The position numbers and the translations under genes are program-made. DNA of 64,000 nt from NCBI GenBank assembly GCA_963803435.1, contig CAWDML010000008.1, forward strand, positions 512,001 through 576,000, given 5' to 3'. Source of the DNA: an uncultured delta proteobacterium (GTDB lineage: Bacteria; Myxococcota; Kuafuiibacteriia; Kuafuiibacteriales; Kuafuiibacteriaceae). Positions 60,228 through 64,000 of the stretch are shown piece after piece (the first letter of the stretch is position 1; each line of letters opens with the position of its first letter). The notes below the pieces were generated by a model. That model was not told where the DNA came from. It searched no databases and worked only from the letters and a program-made list of their open reading frames with translations.

Positions 60228-61892
60228 TCACGAGGCCTGCGCGGCGAGACGCGCGATCGCGCGGGCGAGCTTCGGGTGGGCGTCGAACCGCCGGACGAAG
60301 TCGCTCTCTCGGTGACCGCCCTTCGCCTTCACGACCTCGGCGGCCCGGCGGCGATCGGTCGCGCTCCAGCGCTCGACGCCCGGGAGCGCCAGGATGATCG
60401 GGCTGAGCCGAGCGATCGCGATCCGCTCGCCGGCGGTCTTGGCCGACCAGGAGGACAGACCGAGGCGCTGGGCCGCCTCGACCGTCATGGTCTCGGTGGC
60501 GCGCTCGCGATCGGCGCCGAAGCGGGCAGACATTCGCTCGGCGATCGTCCAGCCCAGGCGCGCGAGATCCGCCTCGATCGGTTGTCGCTCGGGATCGAGA
60601 TCGAAGTAGAGGTGGTGCTCCGCGAGCCGTTCGAGCGTCGCTCGGCTGGAGCGGTGGGAAGGATCCTTCCGCATCCGCGCCAGCTCTCGTTCGACGATCC
60701 GCTGGACCGCCACGTGCGCGGGACGGAAGCCGAGCTTGTAATAGAACCACCAGGCGCCCGACGTGAGCCCCTCCTCGTTGTCCTGCCCGAGCTGGTACGG
60801 CTCGATGCTGAAGGAGGCGGCGCCGAACAGACGCTTCACCACCGCGAGGAGCCGGGCGAAGACCAGCCCGGCCTCGCCGCCGCGAAACGTGTCGAATGCG
60901 TTGAAGGCGATCTCGGAGCTCTTGAAGAGCGCATCCGACTGGACGTAGCCGATCGGGACCCCGTTCTTCAGCGTCAGGAGGCCGTAGGCGGCGCGCATCA
61001 GGAGGCGGCGCTCGGGGAGGAAGCCGATGACGGCGAACGCGAGACCGTCGCGATCGATCACCAACCGGACGTCGTTCGGATCGCCGTAGACGAAGACCTC
61101 GAGATCACGGCTCCGGGTCACCATCGCCTCGCACGCGCGATCGATGAGCGCGCGCCCCTCGCGGCGAGACACGTCGCGGACGTCGAGCGGCCCGCGCGAG
61201 AGCTCGGCGCGGAGATCGGGGCGCTCGCGCGCGAGGGGCTGTCGCTGGAACACGATCGGTCCCGTCCGATGCAGCGCGTGCGTACGAGACGGCGAGCCAG
61301 GCCCGGGATCGAGCCGGTAGGGTGCGTCGATCCCGTCGTGGAGCGCCTCCCGCGTGAAGTCATCGCCCGCCAGCGCGCCGATCCGCTTCACCACGAAGGT
61401 GGCGTCGGTCGTCGCTGCGCCGGTGAGTCGCTGCAAGATGGCTTGCGTTCCCTCGCTGGATCTCTTGATCGCGGCCGCCTCCGCGTGCGTCACCAGAACG
61501 GGCAGCGCTGAGGCCAGCCGATCCGAGTGGTCGTCGACGCGCCAGTCGAGGTGGAGGCGCTCCGGCCAGCGGTCGGCGAGCCAGCGCGCCATCGGCCAGA
61601 AGAAGCGATAATGGATCGCGGTGCCTGCGATCCCGGAGTCGACCAGCGCCTCCCGGTGGCGTCGAAGATCCGAACGCGACTCGAACCGGTCGAGCATGCG
61701 CTCGACTCGCTGGAGCACCGCGGCGTCGTCGGGATACGCACGGAGAAAGCAGAGGATCTCGTGGAGCGCGAGCACCTGAGTCGGCGAGGCGAGCTGCGAG
61801 CGGTCGAGCAGCTCGAGCAGCTCGATCTTCGCGATCCCGGTTTCCCGACCAAAGGTCGCGCGGATCTTCTCCAACGCCTGGAGCGTCTTCAT
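60228..61892 (-). CDS. Conserved-looking hypothetical protein with GNAT-like C-terminal motif
   Basis: LHEILCFLRAYPDD, LKNGVPIGY, PYQLG..NEEGL.SGAWWFYYKLGFRP. Confidence 0.75.
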   Translation of the reverse strand: MKTLQALEKIRATFGRETGIAKIELLELLDRSQLASPTQVLALHEILCFLRAYPDDAAVLQRVERMLDRFESRSDLRRHREALVDSGIAGTAIHYRFFWPMARWLADRWPERLHLDWRVDDHSDRLASALPVLVTHAEAAAIKRSSEGTQAILQRLTGAATTDATFVVKRIGALAGDDFTREALHDGIDAPYRLDPGPGSPSRTHALHRTGPIVFQRQPLARERPDLRAELSRGPLDVRDVSRREGRALIDRACEAMVTRSRDLEVFVYGDPNDVRLVIDRDGLAFAVIGFLPERRLLMRAAYGLLTLKNGVPIGYVQSDALFKSSEIAFNAFDTFRGGEAGLVFARLLAVVKRLFGAASFSIEPYQLGQDNEEGLTSGAWWFYYKLGFRPAHVAVQRIVERELARMRKDPSHRSSRATLERLAEHHLYFDLDPERQPIEADLARLGWTIAERMSARFGADRERATETMTVEAAQRLGLSSWSAKTAGERIAIARLSPIILALPGVERWSATDRRRAAEVVKAKGGHRESDFVRRFDAHPKLARAIARLAAQAS

Positions 61893-62028
61893 TTCGGTGG
61901 CATTCTCGAAGAACTGGGACCTCGGTGCCACAATTTCATGCTCTGCTGATGTGGGCTCCAATCGAGGTGGCACAAATCGACGAAAGGGGGAGGTGCGCGG
62001 TCGAATCGCGATCCTTTAGCCTCGAGTC

Positions 62029-62877
<849 letters not shown>

Positions 62878-62888
62878 TCGGAGGAGCC

Positions 62889-63296
62889 ATGGCGCATCGA
62901 TTGGTGGAGATCGCAGGGGGCTGTCTGGTGGAGACACGGGACGGGCTCGCGCTCGCGCCGCGCGCCCGGCCGCGGCTGGCGCGTGCGGTGGACGAGTGGG
63001 CTCGTCTCCCCGATGATGCCGAGGCCAGGGGGGCGATCAGCGAGCTGATGCACTTCGCGGTGCACCTCAGCGAGCGCTTCGGCGCGGTGCAGGCGGCCCA
63101 GGCGGTCCTCGACATCGCGTGTCGCGCGGTCCCGATCCTGACGGAGCGTGTTCACGAGGAAGAGTCGCGCCGCGCCGCCGAGGGCAAGGACTATCGGTTG
63201 CAACGTCGTGCGCCGATGATCGATCAACCCGGCGTGAACGGGACGCTCCCTGCCTTCGCGCTGCTCCAGCATCGCTCGCGGCGTCGCCGCGCGTAG
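62889..63296 (+). CDS. Hypothetical helical protein (candidate immunity/chaperone), apparent paralog of 56627-57031
   Basis: GGAGGAG RBS, starts 11 bp after the toxin-like gene, 135 aa. Confidence 0.7.
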   Translation: MAHRLVEIAGGCLVETRDGLALAPRARPRLARAVDEWARLPDDAEARGAISELMHFAVHLSERFGAVQAAQAVLDIACRAVPILTERVHEEESRRAAEGKDYRLQRRAPMIDQPGVNGTLPAFALLQHRSRRRRA

Positions 63297-63301
63297 CGCG
63301 A

Positions 63302-64000
63302 TCAGAAGCGGTACTCGACCCGGGCCAACGCGAACGGTCCCACGAGGGCGTTGCCCTCGGTGAGGCGCGCACCGGCGCCGAGCAATCCCGTGATCACGAA
63401 GTTGTCGACTCCGGCCTGCGCCATCACCGCTCCGAAGTGGTCCTGCTCCTCGCCGAGCGCTCCGCCCTCGATCTCGAAGCGGCTCTGACCTTCGACCCCC
63501 AAGAGGAGCGAATCGAAGAGCAGATAGCCGGCGGCGATCCGCGCCTCCACGTCGCCGCCTTCGAGGCCGGTCTCGGCGCCACCCACCACGTTGAGCGTGA
63601 GCTCCAGCGGACCGACGCGGCCGGTGCCGTCGAGGATCAGCTCGACCTCGCCCTCGGCTTCCGTGAATCCTTCGGGGAGGTACTGAAGGACGGTGCCGAG
63701 CTGGAACGTCTTGGCCTCGTTGCCGAAGATCTGAAACCCGACACCGACGCCGGGACGGAGGACGCCCTCACTGGTGCGGTCGACCTGGACCTCGGCCTGG
63801 AAGCCGGCGCCGAGGCCGAGGCGTCCGATCAGCCGGCCGTCGGGATCGACGTGCTGAGCGCCGGGTCGCGGCGTGCTCACGCGAAGGGAGACGTCGCCCT
63901 CGAGCTGGTGGAGCGACTCGGCGCGGTGAGCCACGCCGAGCTCGGAGACGCGGGCCCAACGAGGAAGATCGCCCGGAACCTCGGTCTCGACGGCCGGTGG
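63302..64000 (-). CDS. Outer-membrane beta-barrel protein (5' end beyond window)
   Basis: Alternating amphipathic strands and C-terminal ARVEYRF beta-signal. Confidence 0.65.
   Translation of the reverse strand, partial: PPAVETEVPGDLPRWARVSELGVAHRAESLHQLEGDVSLRVSTPRPGAQHVDPDGRLIGRLGLGAGFQAEVQVDRTSEGVLRPGVGVGFQIFGNEAKTFQLGTVLQYLPEGFTEAEGEVELILDGTGRVGPLELTLNVVGGAETGLEGGDVEARIAAGYLLFDSLLLGVEGQSRFEIEGGALGEEQDHFGAVMAQAGVDNFVITGLLGAGARLTEGNALVGPFALARVEYRF

Overview
High-GC bacterial DNA, most consistent with a Myxococcota/delta-proteobacterial genome (MYXO-CTERM tail, myxobacterial Cys-rich repeat, several Ser/Thr kinase + TPR pairs, FHA-sigma54 activator). It holds about 60 genes. I saw no rRNA, tRNA or CRISPR array. 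The most notable element is a compact putative N-N bond (hydrazine) biosynthesis cassette at 51.1-55.7 kb. It encodes a cupin-MetRS-like didomain enzyme (Spb40/Tri28/PyrN architecture) translationally coupled to a DAO-family FAD oxidoreductase, plus a small cupin and an acyl-CoA-dehydrogenase-fold flavoprotein. That flavoprotein may act as the amine N-hydroxylase, since no canonical lysine N-hydroxylase is present in the window. Other highlights: (1) a zinc-starvation-type operon (His/Cys-rich protein, OM receptor, ZnuA-like, ZnuB-HEAT fusion, Zn-free S14, metallophosphoesterase) back-to-back with a cobalamin riboswitch over two lipoproteins; (2) a LytS/LytTR pair with 21-bp-periodic boxes facing a heme-c/Cu-monooxygenase-like lipoprotein; (3) a toxin-tip-like poly-Q protein and two paralogous ~135-aa partner genes; (4) a decayed HUH (RAYT-like) transposase beside a lower-GC glycosylation cluster; (5) three frameshifts that are all the same GATC->GA(A)TC one-base insertion, probably a methylation-linked sequencing artefact. 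All family calls come from motif recognition by eye; no database search was run.
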